Assembly (NCBI GenBank): GCA_963816145.1
Contig: CAWFJP010000031.1
Coordinates: 512,001 to 576,000, forward strand
Length of the DNA: 64,000 nucleotides
Reading direction: 5' to 3'
From: an uncultured delta proteobacterium
GTDB taxonomy: Bacteria; Desulfobacterota; Binatia; UBA9968
Below, one piece after another: positions 46,224 to 56,285 of this stretch (the stretch's first letter is position 1; every line of letters begins with the position of its first letter). The notes under the pieces were generated by a model. That model was not told the origin of the DNA. It saw only the letters and a list, made by a program, of their open reading frames with translations, and did not search any database. A program made the translations under genes and the position numbers.

Positions 46224-48739
46224 GCGGCAACGCTCGTTTGCGGCCGCTCGCCGGCGTGGACAAAAAACCGCTGCGTGAACTCATCGGACAATCCCTGGGC
46301 AAAGCGTTCGCAAGCGGCCAGCAACGGCATCAGCGGTTCGCCATGGGACGGCAGGATCTCCGACAGATACGCGAGATCGAGGCCGCGCAGCGCTTGGAGC
46401 ATGGAATGAGGATGGTTGTACGGCTTGAAGTCGAGATGTTCCTGGAGCCGCTGCAAGCGCGCGCCCAGGGTGGCGAGCTGATAACACACCGAGTGCGGAT
46501 TCGATTCGTCGAGCAGGATCAGATCGAGGGCGGGCAACAGTTCGGCTTGGCGCTGGTAGCGCGCCCGGTAGGTGATGCTGACGTTGCCGATTTCGAGCAT
46601 GGCATCGAGCACGGCCTCGCACTCGTCGGCCGGCAAGGCCAGAACCTGCGTGACGGTCGAGCAGAGAAACACCAGACGCTCGATCTCGCGGCCGATGACG
46701 AGAAATTGCCAGGCGTCATCCCGGGTCATATCATCAAAGGCGAAGCCGGCCAGGGCGGTGCAAGCCGGCAGCACGGCATCGAGGACGGTTAGCGCGGCGT
46801 CGAAGCTTTGCGGCGCCGGCTCATGGGCGTGCGCCAGGCGCTGCACCGTGCGCCAATGATCGATGGACATGCGCTCGCGCAATTGCGCGGCGCAGTAAAG
46901 CAACCGGCCGGTGTTGGCAGGCACGCCGTTGACAATCTTGGGATCGCCGACTGCCGCCAATAGCCAGTCGGCGCTTAAATGCGATGGGGAGATTTTTTTC
47001 GTTGCTAGAGTTTGTACGGTTTGACCGATCATTGTCTGTAGCCCAGCGCGTTCCGATAGGCTGGTCAGCACTTTGACGGCGGCGAGACGCGACGGATCGC
47101 TCTCGCTCAAGCGCTGGGCGACGCAGCGCAGCAAGCGACCGGCGTTGTCGACGCGCTCGACGTAGCGCCCCATCCAAAACAAATTTTCCACGGTGCGGGA
47201 GGGCGAGTAGAAACCGCCCCGGACGATGTCGCGGGCGCCCAAGCGGGGCAAGAGCAGCGAGTTCCACGGCGTCGCGCCATCGCCCAATACCCAGACGTCT
47301 TTGCTCGAACCACCGCGCTGCATGGTAATCACTTCGGCCGCCGATTCGGGAGCGACGCGAGCCAGGCCGCCGGGCATCACATCATAACCATTGCCATTTG
47401 CCGTTGCGTAAAGCCGCAAACCAACAACGCGCGGCTCGAATTGCTGCTTTTCCGTCGACCAGGTCGGCGCCTGGGACAGCCGCACCCGTTCCTGCGCGAC
47501 AAAGGCGTGGGGGGTTGCTCTCAAGCGATCGATCATGGCGTCGCGTGCGGCACCGTCCAGGGTATGGCCAAAGGTCGGCTCGAGCTTCATCGAGGGAAAC
47601 GCCGGCTTGATGACCAACTCGGGCAGATGTTTGATGACATATTCGAGTGCCGGCGCTTCGCCGCACCACCAGGTGGCCACCGACGGCAAAGCCAGTGATT
47701 CACCGAGCAGAGTCTGGCACACGGCCGGCAGAAACCCAGCCAAGGCGGGCGATTCGAGCACGCCGCAGCCGAGCGCGTTGGCGATCACGACATTGCCCGC
47801 GCGCGCCGCCGAGATCAGGCCGGCGACGCCGAGTGTCGAGTCGGTGCGCAGCGCAGCCGGATCGCAATATTCGTCGTCCAGACGGCGCAACAACACGTGG
47901 ACGCGTTTCAGCCCTTGCAAGGTCTTCAGATAAACGCGATTTTCGCGCACCGTGAGATCCGAGCCCTCGACCAGGGGAAAGCCGAGATAGCGCGCCAGAA
48001 AGATATGCTCGAAATAGGTTTCGTTGTATGGACCGGGGGTTAACAGAGCGACTAGCGGCGCTTCGCCGGCGGTCGGCGCGAGGGCCGCCAGTTGTTGCTG
48101 CAGCGTGCGAAAAAAGCTCGCCAATCGCTGCACACCGAGGGCGCGAAAGATGTTTTCATACTGCGGCGTGACGATCAGACGATTTTGCAATGCATAGCCT
48201 GCCCCGGACGGGCCTTGGGTGCGATCGCCGATGACCCACCAGCGGCCATCGGGCGAGCGGGCTAGGTCGCAGGCGTATAAATGAAGGAAGATCCCCCCCG
48301 GCGGCTCGATGCCGCGGCAGGGCCAAAGATAGTTGTGATGACCGTGAATGAGCGCTGGCGGGATCAATCCCTCGGCGAGCAATCGGCCGGCGCCGTACAA
48401 GTCGGTGAGCATGCGGTTCAATAAGTGGGCGCGCTGGGCAACCGCGCCGGTGAGATAGTGCCATTCCTCTTTGCCGATGACGAACGGCAGCACATCGACT
48501 TCCCACGGGCGATCGGTTCCTTTGGGATCGCCGTAAATGTTATAGGTTACGCCATGCTGTTCGACGGCGCGGCGAATGGTGCTGGCGCGCCGGGCCAGGG
48601 CGGCACGGCTCGACCGGCGCGCCGCTTGAGCTAGGCGCCCCCAGTGATGTCGCGGACGTCCTTGCAGGTCAAAAACTTCGTCGTAGCGTCCGGGCTCAGG
48701 TACGTAATTCATAAAGATTTGAGATCGGGCCATGAACAA
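46220..48739 (-). CDS. Circularly permuted type 2 ATP-grasp protein fused to an alpha-E domain
   Basis: DRTQGPSGAGYALQNR, RRLDD..CDP, MPGGLAR and GGSSKDVW; alpha-E motifs LFWMGRYVER and GREIER. Confidence 0.9.
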   Translation of the reverse strand: MFMARSQIFMNYVPEPGRYDEVFDLQGRPRHHWGRLAQAARRSSRAALARRASTIRRAVEQHGVTYNIYGDPKGTDRPWEVDVLPFVIGKEEWHYLTGAVAQRAHLLNRMLTDLYGAGRLLAEGLIPPALIHGHHNYLWPCRGIEPPGGIFLHLYACDLARSPDGRWWVIGDRTQGPSGAGYALQNRLIVTPQYENIFRALGVQRLASFFRTLQQQLAALAPTAGEAPLVALLTPGPYNETYFEHIFLARYLGFPLVEGSDLTVRENRVYLKTLQGLKRVHVLLRRLDDEYCDPAALRTDSTLGVAGLISAARAGNVVIANALGCGVLESPALAGFLPAVCQTLLGESLALPSVATWWCGEAPALEYVIKHLPELVIKPAFPSMKLEPTFGHTLDGAARDAMIDRLRATPHAFVAQERVRLSQAPTWSTEKQQFEPRVVGLRLYATANGNGYDVMPGGLARVAPESAAEVITMQRGGSSKDVWVLGDGATPWNSLLLPRLGARDIVRGGFYSPSRTVENLFWMGRYVERVDNAGRLLRCVAQRLSESDPSRLAAVKVLTSLSERAGLQTMIGQTVQTLATKKISPSHLSADWLLAAVGDPKIVNGVPANTGRLLYCAAQLRERMSIDHWRTVQRLAHAHEPAPQSFDAALTVLDAVLPACTALAGFAFDDMTRDDAWQFLVIGREIERLVFLCSTVTQVLALPADECEAVLDAMLEIGNVSITYRARYQRQAELLPALDLILLDESNPHSVCYQLATLGARLQRLQEHLDFKPYNHPHSMLQALRGLDLAYLSEILPSHGEPLMPLLAACERFAQGLSDEFTQRFFVHAGERPQTSVAA

Positions 48740-51700
48740 TCAAATTTTACGCAAATCGAGGGTGAAGGGAAACTCCGGGTCGATGCGCGGCTCGCTAATT
48801 TCGATGATCCCCGGCGTGTGGCCGATGCGGAAGAAGCGCTCGAGACGGCGGCTCTCGGCTTCGAAAGCGTTGACGGGAAAGACCTCATAGCTGCGGCCGC
48901 CGGGATGCATGACATGGTATTGACAGCCACCGAGGCTCCGTTTCATCCAGCGGTCGACGATATCAAAGGTGAGCGGTGTGTGGACTGCGATGGTGGGGTG
49001 CAAGGCCGAGGGCGGCTGCCAGGCGCGATAGCGCACGCCGACCACGAATTCACCGACGGTGCCGGTGGATTGCAGCGGCAGCGGCACTCTATTGCAGGTG
49101 ATCGCATAGCGATCGGGCGGCAGTCCGGTGACTTTGACCTGCACTCTTTCCAGCGACGAGTCGACGTAGCGCGCGGTGCCGCCGGGGGCGCCCTCCTCGC
49201 CCAGCACATGCCAAGGCTCCAAGGCGGCGCGCAGCTCGAGCTCGATGCCACGGGTCGCGAAATCGCCGTACTTGGGAAAGCGAAATTCAAAGTGCGGCGC
49301 GAACCAGCCGGCATCGAAGCCATAGCCGGCTTGATTCAGCTCTGTGATCACGTCTTGAAAGTCGAGCCAGACGAAGTGCGGCAGCATAAAACGGTCATGC
49401 AGTTCGGTGCCCCAGCGCACCAGTCGCGGCGGCGCGTAGGGGGTTTTCCAGAAGCGCGCGATCAGCGCGCGGATCAACAACTGTTGGGTCAGACTCATGC
49501 GCCCGTGCGGCGGCATCTCGAAGGCGCGCATCTCAAGCAAACCCAGGCGCCCGGTGGCGCTGTCCGGCGAATACAGTTTGTCGATGCAGAACTCGGCGCG
49601 ATGGGTGTTGCCGGTGACGTCGATGAGCAGATTGCGCAGCAGCCGGTCAAGCAGCCAGGGCGGGCAATCTTGTTTCGCCATGCGCCGCTCCAACTCGCGA
49701 AACGCCACTTCGATTTCGCGCAGCGAGTCGTTGCGTGCCTCGTCGATGCGCGGCGCCTGCGAGGTCGGGCCGATGAAAAGGCCGCTAAAAAGAAAAGACA
49801 GCGACGGGTGATTGAGCCAATAGCTTAAAAAACTGCGCAAGAGATCCGGGCGCCGCAGCCACGGCGAATCCGCCGGCGTGGCGCCGCCGAGGGCGAAATG
49901 ATTGCCGCCGCCGGTGCCGGTGTGGCGTCCGTCGATCATGAATTTCTCCGTCGAAAGACGCGACTCGCGCGCCGTCTCGTAGAGAAACGCCGTCTGTTCG
50001 CTTGATTCGTCCCAGCTCGACGAAGGTTGAATATTGACCTCGATCACACCCGGGTCGGGGGTGATGCGAAAGTGCGGCAGGCGCGGATCGCGCGGCGGCT
50101 CGTAGCCTTCAAACAGAACCGGCTGATTCAGCGCTTCCGCTGTCGCTTCCACGGCGGCAACCAGTTCGAGATAATCTTCTAGGGCGGCGCTCGGCGGCAT
50201 AAAGATGTAAAGCACGCCGTTTCTCGCCTCGGCGCAAATCGCGGTGCGCGAGATCCACGGCGCGCTCTCATGCATGGTTGGCACGCGCTCGCTTGCACCG
50301 CCATTCTCCGTACCACCAGTACGCCGTACTGCTTCGTTGTCCGCGGATTTTGCCGCGCTAACTTGAAAACGAATTTGCCCGTGAGTCGCAAGCGGTGGCA
50401 GCGGCTGGGTGGGATCCGGTGGAAAAATATAGGGGTAATCTGTGGCGCTGGTCCACGGCAGCGAGTCTAACGGCAGCCGATAGCCCATGGCCGAGTCACC
50501 GGGAACGAGGTAGCAGCGCTCGCCGCGCAAAAACCACTGTCCGCTGCGCCAACGTTCGGTCGCGGGGTCGCGCGCCACCGGCAGGGCATAACCGACGACA
50601 TAATTTAATCCTTGGTCGAACACGCGCATGAGACGCGCGCGTTCGAGCGGATCTTCGAGCCGCGAATCGAAGGGATCGACGTTGGCGGGCAAGCGCCGCT
50701 CGCGCCACATGTAGTAATACAAATCTTCGTAGGCAGGAAAAATATCGCGCGGGTTCAAACCAAGCCGTTGAGCCACGCCGCGGAGAAATTCGCCCGCAGT
50801 AACGTCGGTCGCTGTGTCGGCTTGGGTCTCGTCGGCGATCAAAGAGTCATCGCGCCAGATGGGCTCGCCGTCGGCGCGCCAGAAGCAATTGAGCGACCAG
50901 CGCGGCAGTTGTTCGCCGGGATACCATTTCCCCTGGCCGAAATGGACCAGGCTATGAGCGCCGTAGCGTGTGCGCAGGCGATGATAAACCTCGGTCGCGA
51001 GCCGGCGCTTGTTCGGTCCGAGCGCCGCCGTATTCCACTCCTCGCCCTCCGGATCGTCCATCGAGACAAAAGTCGGTTCGCCGCCCATGGTGAGTCTGAC
51101 GTCGCTATCTTTCAGGTCGATATCGACAGCATGACCGAGTCGGTCGATCGCCTGCCATTGCTCCTCGGTGTAGGGTTTAGTGACGCGCGGCGCTTCCCAG
51201 ATTCTTGTGACCGACATTTCATGGGCAAATTCTACTTTGCATTCATCGATCGCGCCGGTCACGGGAGATGCCGATCCGGGTTCGGGCGTGCAGGCGAGCG
51301 GCAAATGGCCTTCGCCGGCGAACAAGCCCGAGGTCGCATCGAGACCGATCCAGCCGGCGCCGGGCAGGTACACCTCGGCCCAGGCGTGCAGATCGGTGAA
51401 ATCTTTTTCCGGTCCGGACGGGCCGTCGAGAGATTTCACATCGGCGGTGAGTTGAATCAGATAACCCGACACAAAGCGTGCGGCCAAGCCTAAATGGCGT
51501 AGCAACTGGACCAGCAGCCAAGCGGAGTCGCGGCAGGAGCCCGAACCTTTGGCGAGCGTTTCTTCCGGTGTTTGGACACCCGGTTCCAGGCGGATCAGAT
51601 ATTTAACATCGCGCGCCAATTGCGCATTCAAGGCGACGAGAAAATCCACGCTGCGCCGCGGCTCGCGCGGGATCGCGCCGAGATAACGTTTAAACAGCGG

Positions 51701-52072
51701 CGTGAGCGGCTCGCGCTTGACGTAGGGCGCAAGCTCATTTTGTTGCCAAGACTCGTATTCGAAGGGGAATTGCTCGGCATAAGGCTCAAGAAAAAAGTCG
51801 AAGGGATTGATCACCGCCATCTCGGCGACCAAATCGACCTCGATGCGAAACTCGTCGGTGGTCTCGGGGAAAACCAGGCGGGCCAAATAGTTTGCCTGGG
51901 GGTCCTGCTGCCAATTAATAAAGTGCTTTTGCGGCGCGATCCTGAGCGAATAACTCAAGACGCGGGTGCGGCAGTGCGGCGCCGGGCGCAAGCGCAGGAC
52001 CTGCGGGCCGAGATTAATCCGCCGGTCATAGCGATAGTGAGTAACATGATGCAGCGCAACGTGGATGGACAT
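48740..52072 (-). CDS. Transglutaminase + DUF2126 (putative amidoligase) fusion protein
   Basis: GSCRDSAW and DLHAWAEVY; LTMGGEPTFVS, TPDPGVIEVN and GTGGGNH; start at MSIHVAL. Confidence 0.9.
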   Translation of the reverse strand: MSIHVALHHVTHYRYDRRINLGPQVLRLRPAPHCRTRVLSYSLRIAPQKHFINWQQDPQANYLARLVFPETTDEFRIEVDLVAEMAVINPFDFFLEPYAEQFPFEYESWQQNELAPYVKREPLTPLFKRYLGAIPREPRRSVDFLVALNAQLARDVKYLIRLEPGVQTPEETLAKGSGSCRDSAWLLVQLLRHLGLAARFVSGYLIQLTADVKSLDGPSGPEKDFTDLHAWAEVYLPGAGWIGLDATSGLFAGEGHLPLACTPEPGSASPVTGAIDECKVEFAHEMSVTRIWEAPRVTKPYTEEQWQAIDRLGHAVDIDLKDSDVRLTMGGEPTFVSMDDPEGEEWNTAALGPNKRRLATEVYHRLRTRYGAHSLVHFGQGKWYPGEQLPRWSLNCFWRADGEPIWRDDSLIADETQADTATDVTAGEFLRGVAQRLGLNPRDIFPAYEDLYYYMWRERRLPANVDPFDSRLEDPLERARLMRVFDQGLNYVVGYALPVARDPATERWRSGQWFLRGERCYLVPGDSAMGYRLPLDSLPWTSATDYPYIFPPDPTQPLPPLATHGQIRFQVSAAKSADNEAVRRTGGTENGGASERVPTMHESAPWISRTAICAEARNGVLYIFMPPSAALEDYLELVAAVEATAEALNQPVLFEGYEPPRDPRLPHFRITPDPGVIEVNIQPSSSWDESSEQTAFLYETARESRLSTEKFMIDGRHTGTGGGNHFALGGATPADSPWLRRPDLLRSFLSYWLNHPSLSFLFSGLFIGPTSQAPRIDEARNDSLREIEVAFRELERRMAKQDCPPWLLDRLLRNLLIDVTGNTHRAEFCIDKLYSPDSATGRLGLLEMRAFEMPPHGRMSLTQQLLIRALIARFWKTPYAPPRLVRWGTELHDRFMLPHFVWLDFQDVITELNQAGYGFDAGWFAPHFEFRFPKYGDFATRGIELELRAALEPWHVLGEEGAPGGTARYVDSSLERVQVKVTGLPPDRYAITCNRVPLPLQSTGTVGEFVVGVRYRAWQPPSALHPTIAVHTPLTFDIVDRWMKRSLGGCQYHVMHPGGRSYEVFPVNAFEAESRRLERFFRIGHTPGIIEISEPRIDPEFPFTLDLRKI

Positions 52073-52469
52073 GGTTTGAATTTTGTCGATCGATGGAGAC
52101 TCAATGTAGAAGAAGGGCGGACCGGGTTCAAGCGGTGTCGTTCGAGCCGGCAGGCATCCGACAAAGTGCTGGTTGTAAGTTTTCTGTCCCAGCCGAGTTG
52201 CCGCGCAGGATAAGTTTAACGAAGGGATCGTCAAAAGCTCCACGTCGGCAAATTAAAACTTTAGGGAATCTTAAAAGCAAATTTTGTTCCTCGGCGAAAT
52301 CGGATTTTCATACCGATTGATCGTAGTACTGTTAGGCCAAGTTTTACCGATGCCAATTAATCAATCAGTGGATGCATGGTTTTGCAGCAGACCAAAGAAT
52401 CGCGGCTCCGGGGACGCAAAGTAAAAGAACGATTTTACCGTGCTAGCGGCGATTCACGCGCTCCGAGCC

Positions 52470-52484
52470 TGGCATAACCCTTGC
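52470..52484 (+). promoter_or_regulatory. Putative sigma54 (-24/-12) promoter of pfp
   Basis: TGGCAT-AACCC-TTGC with exact GG-N10-GC spacing. Confidence 0.55.
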
Positions 52485-52571
52485 CCGTAGGACGGCAAAG
52501 ACGCTGCCGTTGTTACGGAGGTGGGACTGGGCGGCCGGCCCACCAGGGGTCATCATGGGGGAAAACGGAAT

Positions 52572-53894
52572 ATGGCCATCGAATCAGGTTCAAATCACCT
52601 AACACACGTTGGCATTGTCGTCGGCGGTGGTCCGGCGCCGGGAATTAACGGCACGATCGGCGCCGTAACGCTCGAGGCCGGCAATCGGGGCCGCGAAGTC
52701 GTTGGCATCTACGATGGGTTTTCCCATTTGATGACCGGCTGCACCGAGCGCGTCAAAAAACTGCAGCATGACGATGTTTCACGGATCCATTTCGAAGGCG
52801 GATCGATTCTCGCAACCTCGCGCGCCAACCCGACCAAGAATGGCGCCGATTTAGCGTGTGTCGTCGCTTCGCTAAAAACGCTCGGCATCGGCTACCTTGT
52901 CACCATCGGCGGCGACGACACCATGTACGCGGCGAGTCAGTTAGCGCAAGCCTCGGCGGGGCAAATCCGGGTGTGCCATGTGCCGAAGACCATCGACAAC
53001 GATCTGCCGTTGCCTAGCGAAACGCCGACGTTTGGTTTTGAAACGGCTCGTCAATACGGTTTTGAAATCGTCCATAACTTAATGGAAGACTCACGCACCA
53101 CCGGCCGTTGGTACTTCGTCGTCATCATGGGCCGGACCGCGGGCCATTTGACGCTGGGGGTCGGCAAGGCAGCGGGCGCGACGCTGGCCGTGATACCTGA
53201 GGAATTTCCCGGTCCCATCCACCTTGAAATGATCGGCGATATCTTGGAAGGGGCGATTCTCAAGCGCCAGGCGCTTTGGGGACGCAATGACGGTGTCGCG
53301 GTGATCGCGGAAGGATTGCTTGAACGGATGCCGGAACAAGAGTTGACGGCGATCGAGGGCGTGCAGATCCAGCGCGACAGCTACGGCCATCTGCGCCTGG
53401 CGGAACTCGATCTCGCCTATATTTTAAAGACCTTGGTGGAACGGCGCTTCGCGGCGCGCGGCCAGGGTCTGACAGTGGTGCATAAAACGGTGGGTTATGA
53501 ACTGCGCTGCGCGCCGCCGGTTGCCTTCGATTGTGATTATGTCAAAACCCTGGGCTACGGCGCGGTCGAGTTTCTCCTCAACCCCGATCCGCTGACTGCA
53601 ACCTTCGATGGCGCGCTGGTTTGTCTCATTGACGGCGAATTGCAATATCTCAAATTTGACGACCTGCTCGACGCCAAGACGAAAAAGACCACGGTGCGCA
53701 CCGTCGACATCTCGAAGCCTTCATATAAAGTCGCGCGCGAATATATGATTCGCTTGGAGCGGGAAGATTTTGCAGATCCGCAAAAGCTGGAAAAATTGAC
53801 GCGCGCCGCTTCGAGCAAAGACTTGCAGCTATCGTCGGAAGCCTTCAAACAGCGGTTCGAACCCGTCGTAAGCCAGCTTCTTGGAGGTTTTTAA
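52572..53894 (+). CDS. pfp: Pyrophosphate-dependent phosphofructokinase
   Basis: GGGPAPG, GGDDT and PKTIDND (PPi signature), MGR, GYELR. Confidence 0.88.
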   Translation: MAIESGSNHLTHVGIVVGGGPAPGINGTIGAVTLEAGNRGREVVGIYDGFSHLMTGCTERVKKLQHDDVSRIHFEGGSILATSRANPTKNGADLACVVASLKTLGIGYLVTIGGDDTMYAASQLAQASAGQIRVCHVPKTIDNDLPLPSETPTFGFETARQYGFEIVHNLMEDSRTTGRWYFVVIMGRTAGHLTLGVGKAAGATLAVIPEEFPGPIHLEMIGDILEGAILKRQALWGRNDGVAVIAEGLLERMPEQELTAIEGVQIQRDSYGHLRLAELDLAYILKTLVERRFAARGQGLTVVHKTVGYELRCAPPVAFDCDYVKTLGYGAVEFLLNPDPLTATFDGALVCLIDGELQYLKFDDLLDAKTKKTTVRTVDISKPSYKVAREYMIRLEREDFADPQKLEKLTRAASSKDLQLSSEAFKQRFEPVVSQLLGGF

Positions 53895-53925
53895 AGCGTG
53901 GCCGAACCCTTGTCGCTGCGGGCCG

Positions 53926-54138
53926 TCAAAGCTCTCTTTTTGTCGCGACGTTTTTACTTGGCTTTCTTGCCTTGGATGGGATGGCCCGGCGTTTTTTTGG
54001 CGCATGGGTTTCCAGCCAAATTTCTTGGGCTTTCAGCCAATGCTGAACGTCGGCTCCGTCTGGGCACCCCGACTCCTGCCAAATTTTATATGCAAGTTGC
54101 CGGATCTCTTCGTTGCGATCGATCTGCGTCGCTTGCAT
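53926..54138 (-). CDS. DUF2934 domain small protein
   Basis: IRQLAYKIWQESGCPDG....HWLKAQ; AAGGAG RBS. Confidence 0.85.
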   Translation of the reverse strand: MQATQIDRNEEIRQLAYKIWQESGCPDGADVQHWLKAQEIWLETHAPKKRRAIPSKARKPSKNVATKREL

Positions 54139-54267
54139 GACTCATGCTCCTTTCTCTTGGCTACAGGACAAATTCAAATCGGTGTTTCTTCTGTGAACAA
54201 CTGTCTGGAGGCGCAGCGGCGCTCTTGATTCAGCTGTCGGCTCCGGTGCGCCTATGAGCTTGACGGA

Positions 54268-55269
54268 TCATTGCCATCCGGCCATCAAGCCGAGCAAATC
54301 GCAGACGCGGTTAGAGTAACCCCATTCGTTGTCGTACCAACTGAGACACTTGAGATACTTGCCGCCGGTGACCGTGGTAAATCCGGCGTCGAAAATTGAT
54401 GAATGGGCGTTTCCTATAATATCCGAGGACACCACCGGGACTTCCACGAACTGCAGAATACCTTTCATGCGCTTGGATTCGGCGGCCGCGCGGATCTCAG
54501 CATGGACATCGTCAGCGCTCACGCTTTTCTCAAGTTCGACGAACAGGTCGACAACCGAACCGTCGGGCACCGGCACGCGCGCGGCGATGCCGTCGAGCCG
54601 GCCTTTCAATTGCGGCAACACCATGCCGACTGCTTTGGCGGCGCCGGTCGAGGTCGGGATGATGTTTTCCGCCGCGGCGCGGCTGCGCCGCCAGTCCGAG
54701 TGCGGCACGTCGGCGAGCCGCTGGTCGTTGGTATAGGCGTGCACCGTGTTGATGACCCCCTCGACGATGCCGAAAGAGTCCTGCAATACCTTCGCCAATG
54801 GCGCTAGACAATTGGTGGTGCAACTCGCGTTGGAAATAATCCGGTATTCCGGCTTAAGTCCGTCATCGTTGACGCCGAGGACGACCGTGTAGTCGATCGC
54901 ATCCTTCGCGGGCACCGTGAGCACAACCCGCTTCGCGCCAGCGCGCAGGTGCTGGGTCAGCTGTTCCTTGGCGGTGAAGATGCCGGTGGACTCTATGACC
55001 GCATCGATGCCGAGATCGTTCCAGGGCAATTTTAGTGGGTCCCGTTCACACAGCATCCGGGTACGGCCATGGGAAGTAACCAAATCATCGCCTTCGAGCC
55101 GCAGGGTGCCGTCGAACGGACCCATGACCGTATCGTAATGGAGCAGGTAGCGCAGCGCTTCATTGTCAAAGAGGTCGTTAATCGCGACTACGTCAACGTC
55201 TCCACGCTTGTCGAGAATCCGGAATACCGTGCGGCCGATGCGGCCAAATCCGTTGATTGCGACTCTCAT
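54268..55269 (-). CDS. gap: Type I glyceraldehyde-3-phosphate dehydrogenase
   Basis: GFGRIGR, SNASCTTNCLAP, HAYT, ARVP and WYDNEWGY all intact. Confidence 0.97.
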   Translation of the reverse strand: MRVAINGFGRIGRTVFRILDKRGDVDVVAINDLFDNEALRYLLHYDTVMGPFDGTLRLEGDDLVTSHGRTRMLCERDPLKLPWNDLGIDAVIESTGIFTAKEQLTQHLRAGAKRVVLTVPAKDAIDYTVVLGVNDDGLKPEYRIISNASCTTNCLAPLAKVLQDSFGIVEGVINTVHAYTNDQRLADVPHSDWRRSRAAAENIIPTSTGAAKAVGMVLPQLKGRLDGIAARVPVPDGSVVDLFVELEKSVSADDVHAEIRAAAESKRMKGILQFVEVPVVSSDIIGNAHSSIFDAGFTTVTGGKYLKCLSWYDNEWGYSNRVCDLLGLMAGWQ

Positions 55270-56285
55270 TGCACACCTCCGACGCTATCGAGCTTGCCAT
55301 AGTGCCGCACCACGTCGAGCACGCGGCAGGCATGACCCAAACTCTCGTACCAGGCCAGGACTTTGACGATGTTTTTCCCGGCTTTGAGGGTTGCTTGCGC
55401 ATCAAACAGTAAGGATTGCCGGGAGCCAATGACATCGGAAGAAACGATCGGATCATCGGTAATGCCGATCAGCAGCGGATGACCGTTAGCGGCGGCCCGC
55501 ATGGCCTCGTTTACTTGCGCCTTGGTCACGTCGCTGTCGTGCATCACGCAGTTCAGATCCAGCAACGAGCCCTGTTGCACCGGCACGTTGAGGGCATAGC
55601 CGCTTAGCTTTCCAGCGAATTTCGGCAAGATCAGCTCTACCCAATGCGCCGACTCATTGCTGTTGGGGATAATGTTCTGGGCAGCGGAGCGACTGCGGCG
55701 AAAATCCTCGTGGGCATAATCCTGCAAAGATTGATCGCTGCTGTAAGCATGAACCGTGGTCATCGAAGCGTAGTCGACTCCCAGCGCGGCGTCGAGAAAA
55801 TATAAAAGCAGCGCAAGCGCGTTGGTGGTTGCCGAACCAGCCGAGATCAGTCTGTCGCCACTGACCGCGCTCGCCTCATTGATGCCGGGAACCAGCACGC
55901 GGTCAATAGATTCCGCCGGCAGCGATGCGAGAATCACCCGGCCCGCCCCCGCTTGTAGGTGGGTTTCCAGATATTCACGGCGTCGATAACGGCCTGTGGC
56001 GTCGATAACGCAATCGACCCCGAAAACGTCCCATGGAACGTCCCCAGGTTTGGCAATCTGTAGCATCCTGGTGCGAAACTTATTGTTGACCAGATAATTG
56101 TCGTAGAGTTCGCACGGTGGTGCGTCGGCAGTGTCGCTCTTGAGGAGATAGTGGAGAATTTCTGGCTTGCCGATATCCGCCACCGCGACGATCTCAAGAT
56201 CGTCGCTTTCCGCCGCAAGGTGATAGAGGTGTCGACCGATTTGCCCTAAACCCATAAGTCCGACTCGGATCTTCCTGTTCAGCAT
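55266..56285 (-). CDS. GAPDH-like protein lacking the catalytic Cys (probable pseudo-enzyme)
   Basis: Full-length GAPDH fold, but SAGSATTNALA replaces SNASCTTNCLA; LNVP replaces ARVP; WYESLGH replaces WYDNEWGY. Confidence 0.85.
   Translation of the reverse strand: MLNRKIRVGLMGLGQIGRHLYHLAAESDDLEIVAVADIGKPEILHYLLKSDTADAPPCELYDNYLVNNKFRTRMLQIAKPGDVPWDVFGVDCVIDATGRYRRREYLETHLQAGAGRVILASLPAESIDRVLVPGINEASAVSGDRLISAGSATTNALALLLYFLDAALGVDYASMTTVHAYSSDQSLQDYAHEDFRRSRSAAQNIIPNSNESAHWVELILPKFAGKLSGYALNVPVQQGSLLDLNCVMHDSDVTKAQVNEAMRAAANGHPLLIGITDDPIVSSDVIGSRQSLLFDAQATLKAGKNIVKVLAWYESLGHACRVLDVVRHYGKLDSVGGVQ

Noticed and set aside
55266-56285. Erythrose-4-phosphate dehydrogenase (Epd) or a decayed pseudogene
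   Set aside because: Epd retains the catalytic Cys; this ORF is full-length, uninterrupted and coupled to gap
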